DNA of 64,000 nt from an uncultured delta proteobacterium (GCA_963850305.1 CAWKKR010000006.1:205269-269268), one strand, 5' to 3'. Shown: positions 1-10,970, counted from the first letter of the stretch. Notes: generated from the letters alone by a model not told the origin. A program made the numbers and translations.

Positions 1-830
1 CGGGGAGCCCACGCTCCGCGGCGCGCTCGAGGAGGGACGGGCGCGCCGCTGCCCCGCCAAGCAGGACGGCACGGAGAAAGGGAGGCGGCGACCATCCCGG
101 CTCGGCGAGCAGCCACTCGAGCTGCGTCGGAACGAGCGAGACGAGCGTGGTGCGCGTCGCTTCGATGGACGCGATCAGGCTCGTCGCGTCGAGCCGGCGC
201 CCCTCGGCGACCGCGTCCGGCACCACGACGGTTTTCCGCGCGAGCAGACAGCGCGTGAGAATGGACAGCCCGCCCACGTGCGCGATGGGCAAGCCGAGGA
301 GCCAGCGATCGTCGTCGCGGAAGCCGAGATTCGCTTCGCTCGCGCGCGCCGAAGCGACAAACGCGCGCCGGCTGAGGGCGATACCCTTGGGGCTTCCGGT
401 CGTGCCGGACGTGAAGAGCACGGCGAGCCAGCGCTCGGGATCCATCGCGCTGCTCGGGACCGGTGCTGTGGCGTTCGGTGACCACCGCGTCCGCCGCGGC
501 TTCCGTTGCGGTCGCTTCATCGACGTAGAGCGACGGCTGAACGACCTCGGCCGTCGCGCGGCGTTCGGTCTCGGTGAGCCGCGGATGGACGAGTGCCTGG
601 GGTTGCCCGAGCTCCATCAGCGCATAGACGAGCTCGAGCGCCGGCAAGCGACTCGTCCCCGCGAGGGCAACCGGGCGCGCGTCATGCCCATCCACGCCTC
701 GCTCTCGAAGCCACGCGATCCGGCGAGCCACGCTGGCCCCGAGCTCTGCGAACGTGATCTGCCGCTCACCGACGATCAGCGCGATCTGGTCTGGCGCGTC
801 GCGCGCGGCGTCGAGGACGGAGAGCGTCAT
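1..830 (-). CDS. menE: o-succinylbenzoate-CoA ligase (partial, runs off window start)
   Basis: Manual translation gives the AMP-binding motif LFTSGTTGSPKG, plus WLLGLPIAHVGGLSI, SLVPTQL and LLGGAA; ATGA overlap with the menC stop. Confidence 0.88.
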   Translation of the reverse strand, partial: MTLSVLDAARDAPDQIALIVGERQITFAELGASVARRIAWLRERGVDGHDARPVALAGTSRLPALELVYALMELGQPQALVHPRLTETERRATAEVVQPSLYVDEATATEAAADAVVTERHSTGPEQRDGSRALARRALHVRHDRKPQGYRPQPARVCRFGARERSESRLPRRRSLAPRLAHRARGRAVHSHALSARAENRRGAGRGRRGAPARRDEPDRVHRSDAHHARLARSDAARVAARRAGMVAASLSPCRPAWRGSGAPVPPRARRGAWAP

Positions 831-1945
831 GGGTGGGGCAACGGGGCGAGTCCCAGTCCGGGACGTGAGGGCGCGATGATTCTGGCCCCGTTCATCATCG
901 GGAGTTCGACCTCGGGCCAGGCCGCAAGTCCCGCGTGTCGCGCGAGACCGCTCGCGCGGGTCCGTGACGCCACGGCGAACGCGAGATGCGCGGACGCCGC
1001 CAGCGCGACGGGGCCGTCGAAGAGATGCGAGACGGTGACGTCGATGCCGCGCTCTCGCGCGTCCAGGGCCAGGCGCAGGCACGTGGAGAGTCCGAGGAAC
1101 ATGGGCTTGAGCACGAGCGCGACGCAGTGAAGTTCGCTGGCGCGGGCCATGAACTCGGCGGCATGGTCGCGCAGCGACTCGTCGAGGGCAATCGTGATGG
1201 GCGGGCTCGCGAACGTCCCGAGCGCCTCCGGCGGCACCGGCTCCTCGATGAACTCGGGCGCGAGCGGCACGAGTCTCGAGAGCTCCGCCTCCGCGGTTCG
1301 CGGCTCGAGGCTGCCGTTCGCGTCGAGGCGCAGCGCAGCGTCGCCGATGACATTGCGAACGCGGCCGAGCACGTCGAGCTGCGCGCCGAGCAACGGACCC
1401 TCGACCTTGACCTTGAGGGTGCGAAACCCCTGGTCAAGCCCTTCGCGCGCGCGCTGGACGACGCTCTCGTCCTTCGCACTGCCGACGTACGCCGACAGCG
1501 ACACGGGCGCGCCCGCGAGCGACGCGCCGGGATCGAGCAGCGAGCAGACCGGCGCACTCAGCCGCTGACCGAGCAGATCGAACCAGGCCGTCTCCGCGGC
1601 GAACCGCGCCGCGCAAGGCACCCCAAACAAACGATCCGCGAGGTCCCGCAGCGTTTCTTCGTTCGATGAGCCGGGCTCGGGGAGGGAGGACCAGTCCAGA
1701 GTCGAGAGCGCGCGGGCGCATTGCTCGAACGTCTCCCGAGAATAACCGGGGAGGGGAGAAGCTTCGCCCTGTCCGATGTGTCCATCCGGGGTGACGATTT
1801 GCAAGAGCAGTCCGCGCCGCTCGGTGGTGTCGCGAGCGCCCGCACGGGCGCCCGGCGTCGGTCCGGAGTATTCGAAGACGTGGATGCGGCTGAGACGCAC
1901 TGAGACACCGATGTCGGCGGACCAGGTGGGCAGGCCATCAGGCAA
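827..1945 (-). CDS. menC: o-succinylbenzoate synthase (enolase superfamily); true start probably a GTG near 1900
   Basis: GEASPLPGYS, TLKVKV, LRLDANG, FIEEP, IALDES and VLKP motifs; men cluster context. Confidence 0.9.
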   Translation of the reverse strand: MPDGLPTWSADIGVSVRLSRIHVFEYSGPTPGARAGARDTTERRGLLLQIVTPDGHIGQGEASPLPGYSRETFEQCARALSTLDWSSLPEPGSSNEETLRDLADRLFGVPCAARFAAETAWFDLLGQRLSAPVCSLLDPGASLAGAPVSLSAYVGSAKDESVVQRAREGLDQGFRTLKVKVEGPLLGAQLDVLGRVRNVIGDAALRLDANGSLEPRTAEAELSRLVPLAPEFIEEPVPPEALGTFASPPITIALDESLRDHAAEFMARASELHCVALVLKPMFLGLSTCLRLALDARERGIDVTVSHLFDGPVALAASAHLAFAVASRTRASGLARHAGLAAWPEVELPMMNGARIIAPSRPGLGLAPLPHP

Positions 1946-2084
1946 TCATGTCGCGAGGTTGGCCCTCGATATCAGATTGCCAGAGACCACATGGTTAGTC
2001 GATAGTACGTGTGGAGCAGAAGGGGCATGATGCGAACGGCGGCTGACCTTTCCCCACCCGGCGAGGAGAACTGCGATGAGAATT

Positions 2085-3723
2085 GGGTGCAGTTCCCGAT
2101 CTGCTGACGAAAAACAAAGCGAGATCGATCGGTTACGACGTGTAGGTTGAAAGAAGGGGCTCATTCGCGGCAGATATCCGGTTGCGAAACAAGAACACCA
2201 ACCGGAAGGAGCCCCATGGCGACGACTATCGAGCGCGCCGGACGAGATGTCCAGAGCGCGATCGAGCGCGTTCGTAGATGCGCGGAATCGAAGGACACGA
2301 CGACACTTGCTGCGGTCGAGCGAGAGCTTTGGACGGCGCTGCTTCACCTCGGGCGTGCGGTTATGGCCCTGTTTCTCGTGCGATACGCTGCCCGTCCGCG
2401 ACCCTTGACCTACGAGCACGACGGCGGGCGATTCGCGCTCGACACGGACACGCGGCGTCGGAGCGAGATTGGCACGCGGTTCGGCAAGGTCGCGTTCGTA
2501 CGAGCCGTCGGGCGCCCGATCGGCGGTCGTCGTCGTACTGACCTTCCCATCGATCGCGAGCTCGGCGTGTGCTCTGGCTTCAGCCTCGGGACGGTGACGG
2601 CGGTCGTACAGCTCTGCGCGCTGATGGCGTTCGGGACGGCGCGTCGCCTGTTCGCTGAGTTTCACGAGTGGGCACCGAGCTCGCGTTCGACGCTGCGCAT
2701 GGTCGACGCTGTCGGCGCCGAAGCTCGCGGCTTTCTCGACGCGGACGCTGCGCCCGATGACGACGGAGAAGTCCTCGTGATCCAGGTCGACGGTCGCGGC
2801 GCACCGATGATCTCCGCGACGGAGCACGCGCGACGCTGTCAGCGGCGACGGAAGACGAAGGGAACGAAACGACACGGTCGCCGTCTGCGTCGACGCGAAC
2901 ATCCGAGGCCGCGCCGCAAGAAGGGTGACAAGAGCAAGAACGCCAAAGTTGCTTTCGTCGGCGTGATCTACACTCTCCGGGCGACGCGCCACGGATGGGA
3001 GGGACCCATCAACAAGCGCCTCATCGCGACCTTCGAAAGCCACGAGGCGCTCTTTCGCTGGCTCGCCGTACACGCCGAGCGTCGCGGTTACGGTCGCAAG
3101 CGCTGCTTCTTTCTCGCCGACGGCTCCGATCACATCTGGAGAAACCAGCAGATCTATTTCCCGAAGGCTGTGGCGTGCATCGACTGGTACCACGTCGCCG
3201 AAAAGCTCTGGGAGGCTGGAGGTTGTCTCCATCCGGAGGGCAGCGCGCCACTTCGGCAGTGGGTCACCGAGCAACTGGGCAAGCTGCGACGTGGCAAGGT
3301 CGCCGACGTGCTCGAAGACATGGCCACGGCGCACAACGCGATCTCGAAGACCGGCCCCGGGAACAAGGGCCGTCGCAAGCGACTGCTCGCCATCCTCGAG
3401 TACCTCACGGCGCACGAGCAACGGATGCCGTACGCGGCGCTGCGTCGCGACGACCTCGACATCGGCACCGGTGCGGTCGAGGGCGCCGTGCGCAACCTCG
3501 TCGGCCTCCGCCTCGATGGACCCGGCATGCGATGGGGACGCGACCGCGCCGAGATGATCCTCCACCTCCGCTGCATCGTCCTCAACGAGCAGTGGGGTGA
3601 CTTCTGTCGCCTCCTGGAACGCCGCACGCTCAAGCTTGCAGCGACGCCAATCCCTGCACGAACGCACGACGCGAAACCTCAGCAATCACGCGAGGCCGCG
3701 TGACGCAAAATGGGATCGCACCC
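2085..3723 (+). mobile_element. Complete IS element, ISKra4/ISLre2-like (IS256/Mutator-related), 1639 bp
   Basis: Imperfect terminal inverted repeats GGGTGCAGTTCCCGATCTGCTGACG (2085..2109) and reverse complement GGGTGCGATCCCATTTTGCGTCACG (3699..3723); exact 9-bp direct repeat ATGAGAATT at 2076..2084 and 3724..3732. Confidence 0.9.
2216..3703 (+). CDS. ISKra4/ISLre2-family DDE transposase
   Basis: VDG, ADGSDHIW, IDWYH and IGTGAVEGA..RL..GMRW motifs; AAGGAG RBS before ATG 2216. Confidence 0.88.
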   Translation: MATTIERAGRDVQSAIERVRRCAESKDTTTLAAVERELWTALLHLGRAVMALFLVRYAARPRPLTYEHDGGRFALDTDTRRRSEIGTRFGKVAFVRAVGRPIGGRRRTDLPIDRELGVCSGFSLGTVTAVVQLCALMAFGTARRLFAEFHEWAPSSRSTLRMVDAVGAEARGFLDADAAPDDDGEVLVIQVDGRGAPMISATEHARRCQRRRKTKGTKRHGRRLRRREHPRPRRKKGDKSKNAKVAFVGVIYTLRATRHGWEGPINKRLIATFESHEALFRWLAVHAERRGYGRKRCFFLADGSDHIWRNQQIYFPKAVACIDWYHVAEKLWEAGGCLHPEGSAPLRQWVTEQLGKLRRGKVADVLEDMATAHNAISKTGPGNKGRRKRLLAILEYLTAHEQRMPYAALRRDDLDIGTGAVEGAVRNLVGLRLDGPGMRWGRDRAEMILHLRCIVLNEQWGDFCRLLERRTLKLAATPIPARTHDAKPQQSREAA

Positions 3724-4286
3724 ATGAGAATTCGAATCATATGGGGGGGCGCTCTCGTGTTCGGCGCGGCGATCGCGTGCACCACGAAGAACGCCACGGA
3801 CGCTACCCGCTCCCCGACGGTCGAGTCGGAAGCGAGCGTCGCGGACGGCTCTGCCGGGCAGTGCACGCAGGTCGCGGGGGGCGCTTCTGTCTGCAAGGGA
3901 CTCTGGTTCCCAGTACGGGCGCGCCAGGCGACGACGCAGAAGACTTTAGCTTCCAGGTTGGGGACCCTGTCGTCGTGGACGTGGTGCCAGCGGGATGCCA
4001 CGACGGTGCCTGCACGGAGACGCCGCGGAAGTCTTGCAGCGTCTCGGGTTCAGCGGGGAGCTACGTCGTCACACCGGACTTCTGCCTGCGGGATATCACC
4101 GCAGAGCGCCAGGCCACGCTGGGCTGTGATGAGACATGCGACGGCATCACGGCCGAGTGTCGGGCGGACGCGACGCTCGTCGCCGGGCAAAATACCGTCA
4201 CCATGGGCGGCGCGACGTTCACCTTCACCGTGCCCGGGACGATGCCGCAGGATTCGGCATGCGCCGGGGCAGGCGACGCTTACTGA
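3724..4286 (+). pseudogene. Cys-rich lipoprotein, IS-disrupted at its start, with a frameshift in a G-run near 3876-3881
   Basis: MRIRIIWGGALVFGAAIAC lipobox; continues in the 3597..4286 frame; its RBS (AGGAG 2064..2068) is left on the other side of the IS. Confidence 0.7.
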
Positions 4287-4290
4287 ATCG

Positions 4291-5202
4291 TCACCGACGT
4301 CCGATGGCGATTCCGATCGCGAAGAGTACGGCGTGGACGAACAGCAGTCGTGCCGTGCCGACGAGCGAGGCGTTGAGAGCGCGGCCGGAGTCCGTCATCA
4401 CGCGGCGGGTGAGACGGACACCGATGGGCGCCGACGCGAGCGGCAAGAGCACCCAGGGCGACGCGGCGCGCGTGGCTGCGAGGAACACGGGAACGAGATA
4501 CGCGGCCGCGACGAGCCCGGCGTATTCGATGAGCCCGGCGGTTCTGCCGAACCTCACGGGGAGCGTTCGCTTGCCGGCCTTCACGTCCGTCTCGCGATCG
4601 CGGACGTTGTTGACGACGAGGATCGCAGTGGCGAGCGCGCCCACCGGGATCGCGGCGAACCACGCGAGCGCGGGCACCGAGCCGAGTTGCACGAACGCCG
4701 TGCCGGCGACCGCGACGAAGCCGAAGAACAGCAGGACGAACACGTCGCCGAGACCGTGGTACCCGAGCGGATACGGTCCGCCGGTGTATGCGATTGCCGC
4801 CGCGATGGACGAAAGGCCAATCGCGATGACGACGGGTCCCGCGACGATCGTCAGATAGATGCCGACTGCGAACGCCGCGCCGAACGCGACGGCCATTCCA
4901 CAACGAAGCGCGCGTGGCGACAGGAGCCCTGCCTGGGCCGCGCGCACGGGCCCGAGGCGTTCTTCCGTGTCGGCGCCCTTCTCGAAGTCGAAGACGTCGT
5001 TCGCGAGGTTCGAGCCAATCTGCAGGAACATCGCGCCGGCAAGCGCCGCAAGGGCAGGACCCGCGCGGAACCCGTTCACGGCGTACGCGCACGCCGAGCC
5101 GACGGCGACCGGCGACACCGCTGCCGTCAACGTCGGTGGCCGGCACGCGAGCACCCAGGCACGTGCAGAGCCGGGCTTCGGCGAAGACACGGCCTCGCTC
5201 AC
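4291..5202 (-). CDS. menA: 1,4-dihydroxy-2-naphthoate polyprenyltransferase
   Basis: [34 protein letters not shown] and [14 protein letters not shown] motifs; GTG start overlaps the menH stop. Confidence 0.95.
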   Translation of the reverse strand: MSEAVSSPKPGSARAWVLACRPPTLTAAVSPVAVGSACAYAVNGFRAGPALAALAGAMFLQIGSNLANDVFDFEKGADTEERLGPVRAAQAGLLSPRALRCGMAVAFGAAFAVGIYLTIVAGPVVIAIGLSSIAAAIAYTGGPYPLGYHGLGDVFVLLFFGFVAVAGTAFVQLGSVPALAWFAAIPVGALATAILVVNNVRDRETDVKAGKRTLPVRFGRTAGLIEYAGLVAAAYLVPVFLAATRAASPWVLLPLASAPIGVRLTRRVMTDSGRALNASLVGTARLLFVHAVLFAIGIAIGRR

Positions 5203-5951
5203 CGGCCGTCTCCCGGGTGCTGCGCGATGCACCGAGACACGATGTCGGGCCGTTCGAGCACGACGTTGTGTCCGGCACCGGCGACGGATTCGACGCACGC
5301 ATGGGCAAGATGTCGACTCATCTCCGCCGCGAGTGCGGAGAACTTCGCATCGCGCTCGCCGACGACCAGGGTGACCGGAATCGCGATCCGCGAGAGCACG
5401 TCCCAGTACGACGGCATGACGCCGAGCCCGGTGACGCGCAGAGACCGCGCGAGCTCGAGCGGATCGTGTGCAAGACGCTCCGCTCGCTGACGTTCGAGGA
5501 CGTCGGGGGCGAGCGCGGACTGCGTTGCGAAGAGCGGCAGCGCTTGCCATTCGTCGACGAACGCCGCGACGCCGCGCTCTTCGAGCACACGACAGAGCCG
5601 TTCGTCGGCCTCGCGCCGTTCTGCGCGTTCGGTCTCCGTCCGAAGACCGGGTTGCGCGCCGACGAGGGTCGCGCTCGCGAAGAGCGTGGGATGACGGACG
5701 AGAAGCCCGAGCGCGACGCGGCCGCCGAGCGAGTACCCGGCGAGATGCCATCGCGGCGCTTCTGCGCGGAAGAGTGCCGCCAGACGATCCACCTCTTGCT
5801 CGAAGCTCGTGCTCTCGGGCGATTTATTGGGGGCGCCATGTCCGACGAGCGGCGGCGCGGAGACGACTCTGGCGCCGAGACGGCTCACCACGCCGTCGAA
5901 GCTGTGCGGGCTCCCGGTGAACCCATGCAAGACAGCGACGGGCAGCGTCAC
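5199..5951 (-). CDS. menH: SHCHC synthase (alpha/beta hydrolase)
   Basis: [24 protein letters not shown] and AGHNV motifs; lies between menD and menA. Confidence 0.92.
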   Translation of the reverse strand: MTLPVAVLHGFTGSPHSFDGVVSRLGARVVSAPPLVGHGAPNKSPESTSFEQEVDRLAALFRAEAPRWHLAGYSLGGRVALGLLVRHPTLFASATLVGAQPGLRTETERAERREADERLCRVLEERGVAAFVDEWQALPLFATQSALAPDVLERQRAERLAHDPLELARSLRVTGLGVMPSYWDVLSRIAIPVTLVVGERDAKFSALAAEMSRHLAHACVESVAGAGHNVVLERPDIVSRCIAQHPGDGR

Positions 5952-7753
5952 GGAAAAGCCTCGGATTCGAGCACGGGTCTCACCGCGGCATCGACGGCGC
6001 TCGCGACTCGCGCCGCTTGAGCCCGGGCTCCCTGCGGCGGCACGACGAGCTCCACAATCGTGCACGCGGGACGCGCCAGGGCTTTCGCGAGTGCATCCTC
6101 CAGCGACGCGACCGTCGTGGCGCGTGCGTACGCGAGGCCGAAGAGCGCGGCCACGCCGTCGAAATGACGTCCATGCGGCGTGGTCCAGAACCGAAATTCG
6201 GGCTCACCCGCATCGGCAAGGGGGAGCTGCTCGAAGATCCGACCCCCGTCATTGTTCAAGATCACGACGACGAACGGAACGTCGATCGGAGTGGCTGCCG
6301 CGAACCCGCCGAGGTCGTGCAGCGCGGAGACGTCGCCGAGCAACAGCACCGTGGGGCGTCCCGCCGCGCGCGCGCTGCCCGCCGCGCCGGCGACGAGGCC
6401 GTCGATGCCGCTGGCCCCGCGCTGAGAACAAACTCCGAGGCGCGCCGAGGGATGCGCGCGACAGAAGCAGTCCACGTGGCGCACCGGCAAGCTGTTGCCC
6501 ACGACGAACACGGACGCTTCGGGCAACGCCTCGACGACGGTGCGCGCCGCGGCTCCTTCGGAAAGCGCCGGCTCGGACTCCACCACGCGCGTCACGGCTT
6601 CCCATGCGGCTTCGTTCACCTGGGACAACACTCTGCTCCAGGTTCCAGCAGCCCGTGTCGAGCGCGACGGCGTCAGCGACGCCACGAGCCGTTCGAGCGT
6701 CGTACCGACGTCACCGTGGACGATCGAGCGCGCGCTACCGAGCGGATCGGGCCAGCCGTGCGTGGAGATCACGTGGCGGGCCACGTCGCGGTGTCCGCCG
6801 AGCCAGCGTTCCCACGCTCCGGACGTGGGAGGTTCTCCGAGCTGGAGCACGACGCGCGGGTGAAACCGCTCGCGAAACGTCGGCGAGCGGAGCAAGACGT
6901 CCAGGCCGTCCAGCACCAGTTCGCGCGACAAGGAAGCGCCGTCGAACCGAAGCTGGCTCGTCGCTTCCGCGTACACGGGATACCCGGTCGCGCGCGCAAG
7001 CGCTGCGACACGCTCGCTCCGCGCGGCTCCTCCGAACGGCGCGGGCCCACACACGATGATGCCGCGTTCCTCGCGAGCGCAATCCTGCAGCGCTGGCGCA
7101 AGAGCGGGGTCCGTCGGAACGCACAGCGGCGGCACCGCGCGAGTCGCGGGCTCGCGAAGCAACGCGTCCACTCGTCGCGCCAGATCGAGCTCGTCGGAGC
7201 TCATCGCCCTCGTCGGCTCGAGCGGCTTCCGGGCGCGGATGTTCAGATGAACGGGGCCCGGCGCGGCGCCCAGGGTCTCGAAGAGGCTCTGGATCGCGCG
7301 GCGCCGGAGCCCGACGAGCGCGATGTCCGCGCCGTCGGGCATGCCGAGGTCCGCAAAACGACGGACGTACTCACCGTACAGCCGCGTCTGATCGATCGTC
7401 TGCGGCGCGCCGCAGTCCTGGAGCTCGAAGGGGCGGTCCGCGGTGAGCACGAGGAGCGGCGAGCGAGAAAGCGAGGCTTCCACGACCGCGGGGAAGTAGT
7501 TCGCCGCCGCCGATCCCGACGTGCACAGGACCGCGGCGGGACGGCCCGTGATGCGCGCGATGCCGAGCGCGTAGAAGGCCGCGGCGCGTTCGTCGACGAT
7601 GGATTCGCACCGGATCCGCCGGCACGAGAGGAACGCGGACGTGAACGGGGTGGAGCGCGATCCGGGGCTCACGACCACTTCGGTCAATCCCGCGTCGGCG
7701 AGGCTCTCCACGAGCAGGCGCGCCCACTCGGTCAGCAGGTTCGCGGCGCTCAT
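5948..7753 (-). CDS. menD: SEPHCHC synthase
   Basis: SPGSRSTP, DERAAAF, TADRP, GNSLPVR, RGASGIDG and NNDGGRIF motifs. Confidence 0.96.
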   Translation of the reverse strand: MSAANLLTEWARLLVESLADAGLTEVVVSPGSRSTPFTSAFLSCRRIRCESIVDERAAAFYALGIARITGRPAAVLCTSGSAAANYFPAVVEASLSRSPLLVLTADRPFELQDCGAPQTIDQTRLYGEYVRRFADLGMPDGADIALVGLRRRAIQSLFETLGAAPGPVHLNIRARKPLEPTRAMSSDELDLARRVDALLREPATRAVPPLCVPTDPALAPALQDCAREERGIIVCGPAPFGGAARSERVAALARATGYPVYAEATSQLRFDGASLSRELVLDGLDVLLRSPTFRERFHPRVVLQLGEPPTSGAWERWLGGHRDVARHVISTHGWPDPLGSARSIVHGDVGTTLERLVASLTPSRSTRAAGTWSRVLSQVNEAAWEAVTRVVESEPALSEGAAARTVVEALPEASVFVVGNSLPVRHVDCFCRAHPSARLGVCSQRGASGIDGLVAGAAGSARAAGRPTVLLLGDVSALHDLGGFAAATPIDVPFVVVILNNDGGRIFEQLPLADAGEPEFRFWTTPHGRHFDGVAALFGLAYARATTVASLEDALAKALARPACTIVELVVPPQGARAQAARVASAVDAAVRPVLESEAFP

Positions 7754-9166
7754 TGCACGACGTGGAGGGCCGCGCAGAGCGTCTCGAGCTTCAGTCGCGT
7801 CTCGGCGTACTCGCTCGCGGGATCGGAGTCGCGCACGATGCCGCTGCCGGCGTAGAGGTACGCACGATTGTCGACGATGGCCCCCGAGCGCAGTCCGACG
7901 GCAAACTCACCGTCCCCCTTTGCGTCGAACCAGCCGATCGGCGACGCGTACCAGCCGCGTTCGGCAGGCTCTTCCGCGCGGATGAACTGGACCGCGCCGG
8001 ACGTCGGTACGCCGCCCACGGCGGGGGTCGGGTGCAGTCGCTCGACCAGCTCGAGCACGTGCACGGGGCGATGGAGCCTGCCGCGGATCGGCGTCGTCAG
8101 GTGGACGAGGTGCGGCAGCACGCGAACCTCGGGCGAACGCGGATGTTCCAGCGATTCGCACACGGGCGAGAGCGTCTCGACGATCTGTCGAACGACGAGC
8201 TCGTGCTCTTCCCGCTCCTTCGGGCTGTTCATCATTTCCGCGGCGCTGCTCGCGTCGCCGACGCGGCTGGTTCCGGCGAGCGCCTCGGTGGCAAGTTCGG
8301 GACCCTTCCGGCGAATGAGTCGCTCCGGAGTCGCGCCGAGGAATGTGCTTCGACCGAACCTGAACGCGAAGCGTGTGCAGTGCGTCGCGGAGCGCCCGAG
8401 CTCCGTGACGACGTCGAGCAGAATCGATCGGGCCGTCGAACGAGAGCGTGGTCCGCCGGGCAATGACGACTTTCTCGAACTCGCGCCGGGAAATCCGCGT
8501 CACGATCTTTTCCACGAGGTTCGTCCACTCGGGGAGGGTCACCTCGACGCGGCTCGCGACCGTCCAGGGCGCAGGCCGACGGCGCACCACCGGGCCGTCG
8601 TGCGACGCCGCGCGCAGGGTCGCGAACGTCCTCTCCGTCGCTGCCACGAGCTCGCGGACCGCGGAGTCCGTCACGACGTCTTCACGACGCGCTGCGACGC
8701 TCAGCCAAGCGTGGTCGCCCTGACGCGCATACCGGAACCTGGGTAAGACGAAGCGCGCATCGCCGAAATCCGTCCAGGGCTCGGACGACGACGCACCGGG
8801 CTGAAAAGAGAACCCCCCGAGAAATCGGACCGATGGGGCAGGGGTATCGCCGAGGTCGACCGTCTGCAGGGAGCGAAAAACGGCGTCGGCATCCGCGCGG
8901 ATCTGCGCGACCCTCGCGGACCCGTGCCCCCGCAGGTTCGCGACGGCTCCGACGGCGGAAAACGCCGTCCCCTCGATGGGCTCGAAGAGCAGGGCATCCT
9001 CCGCGGGCGCCGCGGCAAGCAATGCTTCCAGCGGGGCGAGGGGCGCGGGCACCGAGACCACCGCGACTGCGGCCGGGTCTCGCACGGAGGCGAGCGCGTC
9101 GCGGAGCGCATCCCCGAGTTGCAGGGGCCTCCGCGAGGGTTCGAGCGAAACAGCCGAGGTCGTCAC
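7750..9166 (-). CDS. menF: Isochorismate synthase, +1 frameshift at ~8422 (likely sequencing error)
   Basis: N-terminal half (GGFSF, KVVIARR) in one frame; C-terminal half (GATPERL, HPTPAVGG, YAGSGIV) in another; removing one base at 8422 joins them. Confidence 0.9.
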
Positions 9167-9900
9167 GAGGGGTGCCGCGGTTGTGCGACGTAAAGGTTGG
9201 CGACGCCGAACGTGAGCGCCACGTTTTCCAGTACGGTGAGCCCCGCCTCGTCCATCGTCCGGGCAAAATCTTTCGACGGGGGAAACGCGGCGATGGAGCG
9301 CTGCAGGTACCGGTACTCGCGCGAGCCGGACACGAGCCCGCCCAGGAACGGGACGACCGAGTGCACGTGAAAGCGCGCAAGCGGCCCCAGGAAGCCGCCG
9401 CGCGGTTCCGACAGTTCCAGGATGACGACGCGCCCCGACGGACGCGTCACCCGGGCCATCTCGCGCAGGGCCTTCGGTCGATCGGGCACGTTCCTGATGC
9501 CGAACGCGATCGACGTCGCGTCGAACGAGCGGTCGTCGAACGGAAGCGCCTCGGCAAGGCCGGTCCGGAGCGTCACCCGTTCGGCGAGACCGCTCCGCGC
9601 GATCTTGCCGCGACCCACGTCGAGCATCTTGACCGACGGGTCCACGCCTTCGACGAGGACGGTCGGGTGCGTTTCGGCGATGAGGATCGCGAGGTCGGCA
9701 GTCCCCGTGGCGAGATCGAGCGCCCGCCCCGACGCGGGAAGCCCCATGGCCGCGACGGTCTTCCGCCGCCACGCCTGGTCTATGCCGAGTGACAGGAGCC
9801 GATTCAGGAGGTCGTAGCGATCGGCGATCCGATCGAACATTTGCCCCGACCCGTCTCGGGTCACCGGGCTCTGGCTCGATAGGACGGGCTCGTGGGGCAT
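9163..9900 (-). CDS. menG: Demethylmenaquinone methyltransferase (UbiE/MenG)
   Basis: MFDRIADRYDLLNRLLSLG, LDLATGTAD, FGIRNV and YRYLQRSI motifs. Confidence 0.93.
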   Translation of the reverse strand: MPHEPVLSSQSPVTRDGSGQMFDRIADRYDLLNRLLSLGIDQAWRRKTVAAMGLPASGRALDLATGTADLAILIAETHPTVLVEGVDPSVKMLDVGRGKIARSGLAERVTLRTGLAEALPFDDRSFDATSIAFGIRNVPDRPKALREMARVTRPSGRVVILELSEPRGGFLGPLARFHVHSVVPFLGGLVSGSREYRYLQRSIAAFPPSKDFARTMDEAGLTVLENVALTFGVANLYVAQPRHPS

Positions 9901-10080
9901 CGCGCGGTCTCTTCGGCCGGTCCCGGACATCTGCCGCCGAAAGTGCCGCTCACCGGGAACCGCGGTGAAGGCGCCTCCGCTTTTAGGAAGCAGCGACGCG
10001 GGCGTCAAGATCGGCCGATTGTCCGGCACTCTCGATCGGTGACCGCAGGAGCGAGCCTCCGGCTGGCAGAGCCGGCAACG

Positions 10081-10136
10081 GTTTCGGCGCCGGGATCGGG
10101 TCCGGGGAGGGGTTCGGGCAAGCGGGAGCGGGACCG
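10081..10136. repeat. Degenerate hexamer tandem tract (NNCGGG)n
   Basis: ttcggc gccggg atcggg tccggg gagggg ttcggg ..agcggg agcggg. Confidence 0.55.
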
Positions 10137-10230
10137 CCGGAGGCGGTGCCGGTCGAGCGAGCCTTCGCGGGCCCGTATTAGTAGCTTTGGGGCGTCGGGC
10201 GTCGGCCCCGGGAGTCGGCAGATGCGGGCT

Positions 10231-10510
10231 TCAGTCCGGGCCTTCGGCGAGCGCGGCGCGTGGGCCGAGCTCGGCATCGGTCGCGGACACGAGCGCGAAG
10301 AAGACGTCGTCGTGGAGCGCCTTCCACGGCACGTGCCGTCGCTCTTCCGAGCGCTGGGTGATGCTGCGGAAGAGGGCGAGGATCGTGTAGGCGATGCGGC
10401 GCAAGATCGCGACGACGAGCGCGGCACGCGGATTCGACTCGATCCACGGGTGGTCGTCCTCGGCGAAGGCGGTGTCGAGGATCTGATGCGCCGTCTCGAC
10501 GCCCCAGTGC
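10231..10510 (-). pseudogene. ISAs1-family transposase C-terminal remnant
   Basis: Manual translation HWGVETAHQILDTAFAEDDHPW resembles the ISAs1 HWxIEN.H..LD..F.ED motif; no N-terminal part present. Confidence 0.7.
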
Positions 10511-10525
10511 CTGGCCTGCTCGGCG

Positions 10526-10876
10526 TCAGCGCACGAGCCGGCTCAGCACGTTCTTCAGCCGCACCCCGAGCGCGAGCACCTCCGCGACCTCTGCCGGGGC
10601 GCACGCTCCGAGCGCGCCGGCAATCTCGACCGCCGCGCACGCCTCGCAGCACTCGGCGAGCGCGATCGCGTAGGCGCGGCTCTTGTCCGCGAGGCTCTGC
10701 CGCGCGGCACCTTCGGCGGCATTGAGCGCCGCGCTCGCGGCGCTCTTGCGCGCCTGCGCTCGGAGCTGCGAGTCCCGGATGCGCGTGCCCGCGACGCGCT
10801 TCACGAGCTCGAGCGCGAGCTGGTACGCGATGAGACGATGGTGGGGAAGCGATGCGGAGGGATCGGGGTGGCTCAT
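10526..10876 (-). CDS. Four-helix-bundle protein (23S rRNA IVP / Avd-like family)
   Basis: HRLIAYQLALEL...LRAQARKSAASAALNAAEG...AIALAECCE family pattern, 116 aa. Confidence 0.85.
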   Translation of the reverse strand: MSHPDPSASLPHHRLIAYQLALELVKRVAGTRIRDSQLRAQARKSAASAALNAAEGAARQSLADKSRAYAIALAECCEACAAVEIAGALGACAPAEVAEVLALGVRLKNVLSRLVR

Positions 10877-10970
10877 GCCCTCCCAGGCGCAGGACCCGTG
10901 ACAGCGAAGCGTCGTGCACGGCCGCTCCTTGCCGCCGCTGGCGCGGGGCGTGCGCCACCAGGCAGGAGCC

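Noticed and set aside
10526..10876. Avd-like gene suggesting a diversity-generating retroelement
   Set aside because: No reverse transcriptase and no TR/VR pair seen in the window
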